From a virus, in the IMG/VR virus record IMGVR_UViG_3300023174_000056, positions 32,001-96,000 of that record: a stretch of DNA of 64,000 bases; one strand, written 5' to 3'. This document shows positions 56,805 through 64,000 of this stretch, in pieces. Below the pieces are notes generated by a model that did not search any database, was not told the DNA's origin, and was given only the letters and a program-made list of their open reading frames with translations. Numbering within the stretch: position 1 is the stretch's first letter; each line of letters opens with the position of its first letter. The translations under genes and the position numbers were made by a program.

Positions 56805-59800
56805 TTATTGATTAATATGTGCAAATCCATTAATTTTATCAATTGTAATTTGCATATCAACACAATCTTTTAAACTATCAAGATGTGAAATAAGAATAAC
56901 AGTCTTGAAGTATGATTTAATTAGTTCTAAAATGCGAACAAAGCCATCCATATTTTCTTCGTCAAGAGCAGTCCCTGGTTCGTCTAGGATGAAGATATCA
57001 CCTTTTGGAAGCGTTGTTACACTCAAAAGTGCCAATCTTATTGCCGTTGATGCGATTGTTTTTTCAGCACCGCTACCCATTTCTAGTGGGCGAGCATCAT
57101 ATTTTGGATGTTTAATCATAATGTCTAATTTATCATCATCATTTTCTAAGAAAACTCCAAATTCAACGATATTTGTTAATATTTTAGCAATTTCACCATT
57201 AATTTCTGGTAGTTTTTGTTTAATAATTTCATAAGAAATACCGCTTGGATGCATACATGACTGATAAAGGTCATATGCAGCATATTCTTTACGCAAATTA
57301 TCAAGATCAACTTTTTGTTTCTTTAAATTTTCTAATTTTTCCGTAACGGATCCATGTTTTCTATGAGCGTCAATGATTTCTGCTTCACAGTTTTTGATAT
57401 CTTTTGTTGTAGAATTAAACTGAGAGCGGCAAATTTCACGTTCGTTAAATACTGTTCCGTAATTTTCAATTGCTTCTCTATTATCGATGTAATTTTGGAG
57501 TTTTTGCTCATATTCGCCAATTTGTTTAGTTGTTTTTTCAATTGAGACATTGTTTTTTTCAATTTTTAGCTCATTCAAGCTTAAATGCTTCTCACTTTCA
57601 ATTTTCTTTTGAGAAATTTTACTTTGTTTATTAGAAAGTTCTGCGACTTTTGCATCTAATTCATCGTATCGATCATTTAATTGTTGTAATTCGTTGTTTT
57701 TACCATCAAATTTTGCATTTAGTAGCGGATATTGTGTTTTGACACCAAAGGCGTCCTTAATAAACTTGCAACTTGGGAATGAATCGCCGCATGGAACGCT
57801 TTCTAATAGCTCTAATTTATGTTTCGCAGAGCTTAATTGCGATGAGAGAGTAGAAATCTCTTTCTCAAGAGGTAAAATTTTGTTGTTAAGCTCTTCTATT
57901 TCGATACGACCATCAGAAATAGACTTAACATCTATCGTTGCTAACAATTCATCCGCTTTTTTAATGATATTTGCGAGTCTTTCATTATCTTTTTCTAAAG
58001 TATCGTTCTCGCTCTGCATTGAGGCTACAGAAGTCTTTAGGTTTTTAACTGATGCCGTTGTAGAATTGTAATCAATAACTTCCGCTGGAACGCTCGTAAG
58101 GGCTTTATTGAGTGTACAAAGCCTTTCATTGATGCTCGCTAAGTCTCTTTTTAGCTTTTCTACACTTTCTGTCTTTTCTTTGACAAGATTTTCGGCAGCA
58201 ACAACTTCTAATTCGGTTGTAGCGATATCTCTATCGTAGTTATTACCTTCAAGTTTCTTTAGGAGGCTTTTAACTTCAGCAGATTCTTCTTTTGCAAGCT
58301 TATACTTTTTTTCAAAGTTCTCAAGATCAAGGAATTTAGCAAGAATTTGCTTACGGTTTGTCGATCCTTCACCAATAAATGACAAATATCCAAATTGACT
58401 TGCCATAGAAGTCAAGAAAAAGTCATCAATTGTACCAAAGAAACGACGAATGTTCTTGTCAGTATCGTTACGAGCAAGACCATTTAATGATTCGCCGCTT
58501 GTTGTAAACTCAACATCGGTTTTTGCTTCAGTTGTTGTTACACCCTTTAGCTTTTTTGTATACTTTTCTGATGTTCTCGTGATTGTATAAGTTTCGTCGT
58601 CGATCTCAACCTCTACCTTGCCAGTACCTTTTTCACGGTTTTGATTAATAATATTGATATTTTTACGATTATTTTTGCTTGTTGTGTTATAGATAGTATA
58701 AAGCAACGAATCAATTACAGAGCTTTTACCGCTGTAATTTTTACCAAAAATACCAACGATACCATTTAAATTTTCAAAATCAATTTTATTACCTTCGCCG
58801 TAATTAAAAAGATTATCCCATTCTAATGTTTTTAATTTCCAATTAACGTTACGCAGTACTTCTTCGCTTTCTTCAAGGTATGAAGAAAACTTCTTGTTGA
58901 GTGCAACAACCTTTTCTAATACTTCCTCTTCAGCCTTGAAGTCTTTTAGATAATTACGGATCAATTTTTCTTGAACAGAAAGATCTCGCAAGTTTTCCGA
59001 CTGTGTTACTAACTCACTTACGCTCTCTGTATCAAAACTAGAAGTCGCTTTATTTAGGAAAGTAACGCTTTCTGGCGTATATCTTGATTTAACTACCTGT
59101 GTAGCCTTCTTGATTTTTTCTAAAGAAATACTTTTATCTGCAATAATACGAATTCTTGCGCCATCTTTTACTTGAACTTGTGGAATTTCTCCATTTTCAT
59201 CAAGATTAATTGTAAAAAATGGTCTTGGATTAGGAATTGCGTAGTGTACACAAGAAAATTCATCTTTACTTTCGATATCCCAAATTAAAAAACCCTTATC
59301 GTCAGTTTCGCCAAAGTTCTGCTGAACTGTTGAACCGGGATAACGAACCCGCCCAGCAACATCTAATGTTTGATTTGTTTTATGAATGTCACCAAGAAAT
59401 GCAAAATCATGGCCTTCAAAGATATCTACAGAATAATCGCCATGTTCCATCACATAGCCAATATCGGTTTGGACACCAGAAACCGAACCGTGAAACAAGG
59501 CAACATTAATTTTGTTATGATCGCTTGGTTTTACCCAATTTTCTTCGTCAAAAACACTCATAACATTAAAAGTTAGTTGGTCATTGACTTGTACCTCACC
59601 AGCATTTTTTAGTAGAGAAAGATTTGACAAATTGAGAGCATTTACAATTGGCGTAATTGCATCTTGACGACTATCATTACGTAAATTACCATCATGATTA
59701 CCAAGAATAATATATGTTGGAGCAATAGTGGCTAGATTCTTAAAAAAATCGCTAGCCATTTCAACAAATTCTGGGCTAATTTGCGTTTTTGTGTGGGCGA

Positions 59801-59933
59801 TGTCGCCGCAATGAACGATATAATCTACTTTTTGCTCTCTTAAAATATCATAAATTTTTGAAAAGATTTCACGATATTCGTCGTGGTACTTTAGGTTTTT
59901 AATGTGCGTGTCTGCAAGATGCGCTATTTTCAT
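56805..59933 (-). CDS. fused SbcD/Mre11 nuclease - SbcC/Rad50 ATPase (gp47-gp46 fusion)
   Basis: LADTH, GDIAH, LGNHD, GDIH; GKNYSGKSS Walker A, coiled coil with CGDSFPSC hook, SGAE, ILDEP, ISH. Confidence 0.93.
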   Translation of the reverse strand: MKIAHLADTHIKNLKYHDEYREIFSKIYDILREQKVDYIVHCGDIAHTKTQISPEFVEMASDFFKNLATIAPTYIILGNHDGNLRNDSRQDAITPIVNALNLSNLSLLKNAGEVQVNDQLTFNVMSVFDEENWVKPSDHNKINVALFHGSVSGVQTDIGYVMEHGDYSVDIFEGHDFAFLGDIHKTNQTLDVAGRVRYPGSTVQQNFGETDDKGFLIWDIESKDEFSCVHYAIPNPRPFFTINLDENGEIPQVQVKDGARIRIIADKSISLEKIKKATQVVKSRYTPESVTFLNKATSSFDTESVSELVTQSENLRDLSVQEKLIRNYLKDFKAEEEVLEKVVALNKKFSSYLEESEEVLRNVNWKLKTLEWDNLFNYGEGNKIDFENLNGIVGIFGKNYSGKSSVIDSLLYTIYNTTSKNNRKNINIINQNREKGTGKVEVEIDDETYTITRTSEKYTKKLKGVTTTEAKTDVEFTTSGESLNGLARNDTDKNIRRFFGTIDDFFLTSMASQFGYLSFIGEGSTNRKQILAKFLDLENFEKKYKLAKEESAEVKSLLKKLEGNNYDRDIATTELEVVAAENLVKEKTESVEKLKRDLASINERLCTLNKALTSVPAEVIDYNSTTASVKNLKTSVASMQSENDTLEKDNERLANIIKKADELLATIDVKSISDGRIEIEELNNKILPLEKEISTLSSQLSSAKHKLELLESVPCGDSFPSCKFIKDAFGVKTQYPLLNAKFDGKNNELQQLNDRYDELDAKVAELSNKQSKISQKKIESEKHLSLNELKIEKNNVSIEKTTKQIGEYEQKLQNYIDNREAIENYGTVFNEREICRSQFNSTTKDIKNCEAEIIDAHRKHGSVTEKLENLKKQKVDLDNLRKEYAAYDLYQSCMHPSGISYEIIKQKLPEINGEIAKILTNIVEFGVFLENDDDKLDIMIKHPKYDARPLEMGSGAEKTIASTAIRLALLSVTTLPKGDIFILDEPGTALDEENMDGFVRILELIKSYFKTVILISHLDSLKDCVDMQITIDKINGFAHINQ

Positions 59934-59943
59934 ACAACCCTCT

Positions 59944-60006
59944 AAAAAAAGACTCTGCTGGCTTGAACAGCAGAGTCAGTATACAACAGAGAAAATTTCT
60001 TGTCTA
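59944..60006 (-). terminator. terminator directly behind a sigma70 promoter
   Basis: TAGACA-17-TATACT then GACTCTGCTG-TTCAAGC-CAGCAGAGTC-T7. Confidence 0.8.
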
Positions 60007-60453
60007 CTCTTGAACCCAGTTTTTTTTGTAAAGATACACTGGCTCACCTTTTCTAGAGCTTTTTGTTTGCGGAGATCGCAAAAATTCTGCATCTTGATCT
60101 ATGTTAGGGTTATGATCTATTTGTGGAAAATGTGCAAATGCATTAATATTTTTTTCTTCACCACCAATAATTTTTACTATTTCATTATGTAATTGAGCGC
60201 AACGAATATAAAAATTTTGATCTACTTCCCTGTCTGGGTCTAACATATTGATCGCTAGACTTGGATTTACACCAATTTCTTCAAATGATTTAATCAAATC
60301 TTGAACAATATTTTCTTTATTAGCAGGGTCATCTGCTAATTGTATTCCTTTTATGAATAAATTAATAACTTTCCGTTTTATAGCATCGCTATAAAGCGTG
60401 TTTTGTATTTCTTCTTTTATTATTTGCTTTATGTAATTTATTTTAATTTTCAT
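60004..60453 (-). CDS. protein with MKIKxxxIKQIIKEE motif
   Basis: Shared N-terminal motif; inserted between primase and nuclease genes. Confidence 0.65.
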   Translation of the reverse strand: MKIKINYIKQIIKEEIQNTLYSDAIKRKVINLFIKGIQLADDPANKENIVQDLIKSFEEIGVNPSLAINMLDPDREVDQNFYIRCAQLHNEIVKIIGGEEKNINAFAHFPQIDHNPNIDQDAEFLRSPQTKSSRKGEPVYLYKKNWVQE

Positions 60454-61394
60454 AAATTAACCAACTTGTTTAATAAAAAATAATCTTTTCCATTAATTAG
60501 TTTTGCTTTTGATTTACATTCTAAGAATTGTTCGTGAGACATATCTCCTACGTCTATTCCGAATGGAATATCAATTTTATAAACCTCGGCGTCGTATTGT
60601 ATTAAATCTAAAATAAGACGTTCCGCCTTTTTCTCTGCATCTGGATCTAATGCAATATAAACGGCTGGATCGTTCTTGATGATCTCTTTAAAGAGTCTGG
60701 AATTTTCCCGCATTGTGGAACCAAGAATAGGGATTGCATTTTTAGCTTTAATTGCATCAAAAACACCTTCAACGATTGTAACATCTTCACTCCAATCAAT
60801 ATAAAGTTCATTAAAAACTAAATCTTTAGTTACATCTGGATTTTTATACTTGGACCAGCCGCCGCCGTCATAACGTCTGCCTATATAATAATTAACTTTT
60901 CCTTGGATATTAAATGATGGGATAATAACCCTGCTTTCATATTCGCCAGATACAGCGTATCCCATCTTCCAAAAAAGAATGTCTTGCTGAGTTATGCCAC
61001 GTTCTCGCAAATATCTACGTGCGGGTAAGGAAGTGAGAGATGGATCACGGCTACAAAGCGTTTGAAACTCTACTGGAAGCTCTGGCAATTCTTCATTCTC
61101 TTCTGCTACTTCGGTAAAATCAAAAATTTTTTCATAATCTGAAATCTCAACGACGCCGTTAAGTTCATTCCATGCACGATTATGGTTAAAATTACCAAGA
61201 CGTACAACAATTCTGCGAATAGTAGAACCATTCCAATCACAAACCCAGCACTTAAATTTATCTTTGCTAAGATTGACAGAAAGCTTTTTTTTGTGGTGCT
61301 TACATTTTGGACAAAAGAATAAGTATTCATTCCCAACATGGCTACAATTACCAAGAATTTCTTTTAAGATATTTAATTTTTTTGTTTCTGACAT
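60450..61394 (-). CDS. DNA primase (Zn-finger plus TOPRIM)
   Basis: CPKC...CWVC, YLRERGI, RVIIPS, KYKNP, IVEGVFD, LDPDA. Confidence 0.92.
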   Translation of the reverse strand: MSETKKLNILKEILGNCSHVGNEYLFFCPKCKHHKKKLSVNLSKDKFKCWVCDWNGSTIRRIVVRLGNFNHNRAWNELNGVVEISDYEKIFDFTEVAEENEELPELPVEFQTLCSRDPSLTSLPARRYLRERGITQQDILFWKMGYAVSGEYESRVIIPSFNIQGKVNYYIGRRYDGGGWSKYKNPDVTKDLVFNELYIDWSEDVTIVEGVFDAIKAKNAIPILGSTMRENSRLFKEIIKNDPAVYIALDPDAEKKAERLILDLIQYDAEVYKIDIPFGIDVGDMSHEQFLECKSKAKLINGKDYFLLNKLVNL

Positions 61395-61903
61395 AGGATG
61401 TACCCTGCTTTTGCAATTACATATGAATCAGCACGATCATATGTCCCAGGCTTGGGGTTGCCATGAGCAGTATACTCTACTTTAAATGTCGGTTCAAGAG
61501 CAAGAATATGCTTGAGGACTATTTCTTTTGCATTTTGGCCTTTTTCTACTTTAATATCTAGCTTTTTACGAGCAGAAGAAGCGCCAATATATTGTGGTTC
61601 TTTACCAAAAATTTCACAACAAATCCAACTAACTATACCATTAAATTTTCCAAGAGTCAAGATAACTTGTGCGCTGCTGAGTCCGGGTCTAAAAGCATTA
61701 AGCGACTGTTCAATATAAACTTCTTTTATGTTATATAAAAGTTTTATTTGCTGTAGCCGGTCTTTAACAACTTGTGCTTTTTGAAACATTGTTTCAAGTT
61801 TTTTAGAATCAAGACGTATTGCTTCATTATGCAAAATAATTCCGTCATCTCTAAGAACGGTAAAGCCAGTTATTGAAGTGCTTATATCTAATCCAAGTAT
61901 CAT
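61373..61903 (-). CDS. RuvC-like Holliday junction resolvase
   Basis: ILGLDISTSITG, VYIEQ, DRADSYVIA. Confidence 0.88.
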   Translation of the reverse strand: MILGLDISTSITGFTVLRDDGIILHNEAIRLDSKKLETMFQKAQVVKDRLQQIKLLYNIKEVYIEQSLNAFRPGLSSAQVILTLGKFNGIVSWICCEIFGKEPQYIGASSARKKLDIKVEKGQNAKEIVLKHILALEPTFKVEYTAHGNPKPGTYDRADSYVIAKAGYILCQKQKN

Positions 61904-61909
61904 AATATT

Positions 61910-62632
61910 TTATAGTATCACATAATCATCTGGGTTTTCATTATTTGCTAATAATTTATACTCATCCGTGTTTGTTAAGGCTGGTGCCGAAATATCAATA
62001 AAAATATTACCACCAGATACATAACTTTCAACAGCAACTAAATCGTTAGTCCATCTGCCATTATCTTTTATATATACATTTATATTTAAGAAATCTATTG
62101 AAGATGTAGGAAAAGAAGCTGCTCCATATGCAAAATTTGGCAACATAACTGTTTTAAATCCATCTATGTCAAAATAGCCAACTTCTTGGTATTTTAATCT
62201 TGCATGAGCATTTTTAACCTCTACGCCTATATTAGCATTGCCAGCGTATTCAGCATAAGACGCTGTACCAAATAAGTTACCAGTTATATTTGGTGCGACT
62301 AAGCTCTCTGAAACGTAGAGATAAGAAGAAGATATAGTGCCAATTACCAGAGGGTCTTTCAAGGCAATTGGATTTTCAAGCATACCACTACCAGTAACAG
62401 AACCAGTAGTGTAAATATTTAAATAATAGTCCGGTACATTTAACGCATACGACGCAGTACCATATAGTCGGCCTTCAATGCCAGCAGAAGCAGTTAATGG
62501 CAAAGACGTAATAACAACGCCGTCTTCTAAAGTACCGCTAACCTTGAAGAGTATATTGCCGTCTTGATCTTGTTTTAAAATCTGCTTTTTAGTTAGCAGA
62601 TCCGATAAAACTTTTACTGGCTTATTCGCCAT
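61910..62632 (-). CDS. putative virion fibre-associated protein
   Basis: GTASYA repeats; C-terminal WTNDLV..ISAPAL domain shared with 63178 gene. Confidence 0.6.
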   Translation of the reverse strand: MANKPVKVLSDLLTKKQILKQDQDGNILFKVSGTLEDGVVITSLPLTASAGIEGRLYGTASYALNVPDYYLNIYTTGSVTGSGMLENPIALKDPLVIGTISSSYLYVSESLVAPNITGNLFGTASYAEYAGNANIGVEVKNAHARLKYQEVGYFDIDGFKTVMLPNFAYGAASFPTSSIDFLNINVYIKDNGRWTNDLVAVESYVSGGNIFIDISAPALTNTDEYKLLANNENPDDYVIL

Positions 62633-62634
62633 TA

Positions 62635-62889
62635 TTACTCCTCAATTCCGTACTGTTTCTTGATATCTTTAAGATTGGTTATAAAATCTTTTTGAACGCC
62701 AACCAAGCGAATATTTCTCTCTAATATATCTTTAATTAGTTGTAGGTACTTCTTTTGAGCGTTTAAATTTTCAAGAGCATCCTGTTTAGAAACCTTCTCT
62801 TTGTCTAATCTAAGACGGAAATCTTTTAATTTACCCCTGATTACATATACCCAATTAGCCACCTGAATAAAATTAAAGTTATACTTCAT
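62635..62889 (-). CDS. hypothetical protein
   Basis: 84 aa, GAGG RBS. Confidence 0.6.
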   Translation of the reverse strand: MKYNFNFIQVANWVYVIRGKLKDFRLRLDKEKVSKQDALENLNAQKKYLQLIKDILERNIRLVGVQKDFITNLKDIKKQYGIEE

Positions 62890-63082
62890 ACTCTTCCTCG
62901 CCTTCTACAGATATTTCATCTATAATTTTATCATATTTTTTTAACATTTTGTCAATTTCTTCATAAATTTCTTGACGGTTCTTTAGAAGTTCTGCTTGAG
63001 ATTTTATATCTTTTGTATGTGTAAGAATAAATTTCATCATTTCATCAAAGTCTTTTAATAAATAAGTTACTTTTCTTTTCAT
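62879..63082 (-). CDS. hypothetical protein
   Basis: Start moved to MKRKV (GAGGT RBS); ACTATTTA at 63099-63106. Confidence 0.6.
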   Translation of the reverse strand: MKRKVTYLLKDFDEMMKFILTHTKDIKSQAELLKNRQEIYEEIDKMLKKYDKIIDEISVEGEEEYEV

Positions 63083-63108
63083 TGTCAACCTCAAGATATA
63101 AATAGTAT

Positions 63109-63142
63109 AAAAAAAGCGAGGCGGTCGTTAAACCGCCTCGCC
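63109..63142 (-). terminator. intrinsic terminator
   Basis: GCGAGGCGGT-TTAACG-ACCGCCTCGC-T7. Confidence 0.9.
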
Positions 63143-63177
63143 AATTAATCTTTATTCAAGACTAATTCTAATTTCTA

Positions 63178-64000
63178 CTAAGCAATTACGTTAGCTTTTT
63201 CGTTAACAACGATTAAGCGAACATACCCGTCAGCTGCTAATGCTGGTGCGCTGATGGTGAACTTAGGATACCAAACACTGCCTGAAGAAACAGCTTCAAC
63301 TTGGACTGAAACTAGATCGTTTGTCCACATTGCTCCTGCTGCTGATTGTACTGCAACGTCAAATGAAGCAAATGGCATAACGTTGTTTAATAGATCAGCT
63401 GCTGAAGTGCTTGAGCTTAAGCCAGTAATTGGTGCCTTGTTGTATGTGCTTCCAGCACCGTCTGCGCCTGAGCCTGAGAATTGGATAACGATATCATCGG
63501 CATTGCCTTTCTTGCGTGCTGATACTGATGCACGAACGCCGTAGTATTCAGCTGGTGAAACAGTTGCAGCATTTGCGCCTGCAATTGCAGCATCTAATTG
63601 TTTAAATGCTTTTGCAACGTCTAGCTTGTTGCCTGCACCCCAAGTTGAACCAGTAACAACTGCAAAGCTTGCAGAGTTATCTGTTGAGAACAATGACATG
63701 GTTCCGTCAACGTTAACTGCTGAAAGGGTTGAAGTGCCATTGACTTGTAGATCAGCTTGAACGTTAACAAGTCCTGCTGATTTTAGGTCAATTCCGTTTG
63801 AAGCTGATAGTGTTACGCTATCTGAATTAACCATAAAGCCTAGTGGTCCAGCGTCTACTAATACCGCATCACCCTTAAGAGCAAGACCGTTTCCACTGTC
63901 TTGTCCTGCACTAAACGCACCAGCCAATACATAAGCATCAGCGGCGCTTCCATAGTTAAGTAATGAACCAGTGAATGAAACAAGGTTAGGACCAGCTGCT
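63178..64000 (-). CDS. virion structural/fibre protein, 5' partial
   Basis: Frame is open to the window edge; Ala/Ser/Gly-rich, codon usage like the capsid gene. Confidence 0.7.
   Translation of the reverse strand, partial: AAGPNLVSFTGSLLNYGSAADAYVLAGAFSAGQDSGNGLALKGDAVLVDAGPLGFMVNSDSVTLSASNGIDLKSAGLVNVQADLQVNGTSTLSAVNVDGTMSLFSTDNSASFAVVTGSTWGAGNKLDVAKAFKQLDAAIAGANAATVSPAEYYGVRASVSARKKGNADDIVIQFSGSGADGAGSTYNKAPITGLSSSTSAADLLNNVMPFASFDVAVQSAAGAMWTNDLVSVQVEAVSSGSVWYPKFTISAPALAADGYVRLIVVNEKANVIA

Noticed and set aside
1587-63106. TAAATA boxes as T4 late promoters driving plus-strand transcription
   Set aside because: No plus-strand genes follow; positions track minus-strand start codons
632-63544. 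All plus-strand ORFs and short alternative-frame minus ORFs in the track
   Set aside because: They lie within well-supported minus-strand genes, lack recognisable motifs and look like antisense shadows
1-64000. Stop-codon reassignment, inteins/introns, tRNAs, CRISPR arrays, IS elements
   Set aside because: Core genes are intact and normal-sized in the standard code with TAA, TAG and TGA all used as stops; intergenic gaps are too short and I saw no cloverleaf, repeat-spacer or transposase patterns (tRNAscan-SE would confirm)

Overview
This 64 kb window comes from a large, AT-rich tailed dsDNA phage with a T4-like myovirus virion module. Essentially every real gene is on the minus strand, densely packed, in the standard genetic code. 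Reading in transcription order (right to left): virion fibre genes, RuvC-like resolvase, primase, Mre11/Rad50 (SbcD-SbcC) fusion and a possible holin/spanin cluster; then terminase, portal, prohead protease, a divergent ribosomal-protein-bS21-like gene, scaffold, major capsid, neck, sheath, tube, chaperone, tape measure and baseplate. The replication and metabolism block follows: a minimal family-A polymerase, a tubulin/FtsZ-like protein, SSB, RecA, UvsE, deaminase, 5'-3' exonuclease, helicase, thioredoxin, class II RNR, PMM-like HAD, GroES-like, ThyX, nucleotidyltransferases, DnaE, cupin, cytidylyltransferase, dUTPase, GMP reductase/IMPDH and a stand-alone sigma region 4 protein. The most striking signals are RNA-level ones missed by the ORF track. 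(1) A prfB(RF2)-type +1 frameshift cassette (GGAGG-UAU-CUU-UCA) appears necessary to make the full deaminase. (2) A 25-codon leader ORF has its stop codon inside a 14-bp hairpin that masks an AGGAGG upstream of the prohead protease. (3) Several sigma70 promoters are built into hairpins that hide the downstream Shine-Dalgarno in read-through RNA. (4) There is a likely tail-chaperone frameshift, and (5) a recurrent ACTATTTA motif upstream of virion genes. No tRNA, rRNA, CRISPR array, intein or IS was recognised. All product calls come from motif recognition by eye, not from database searches.
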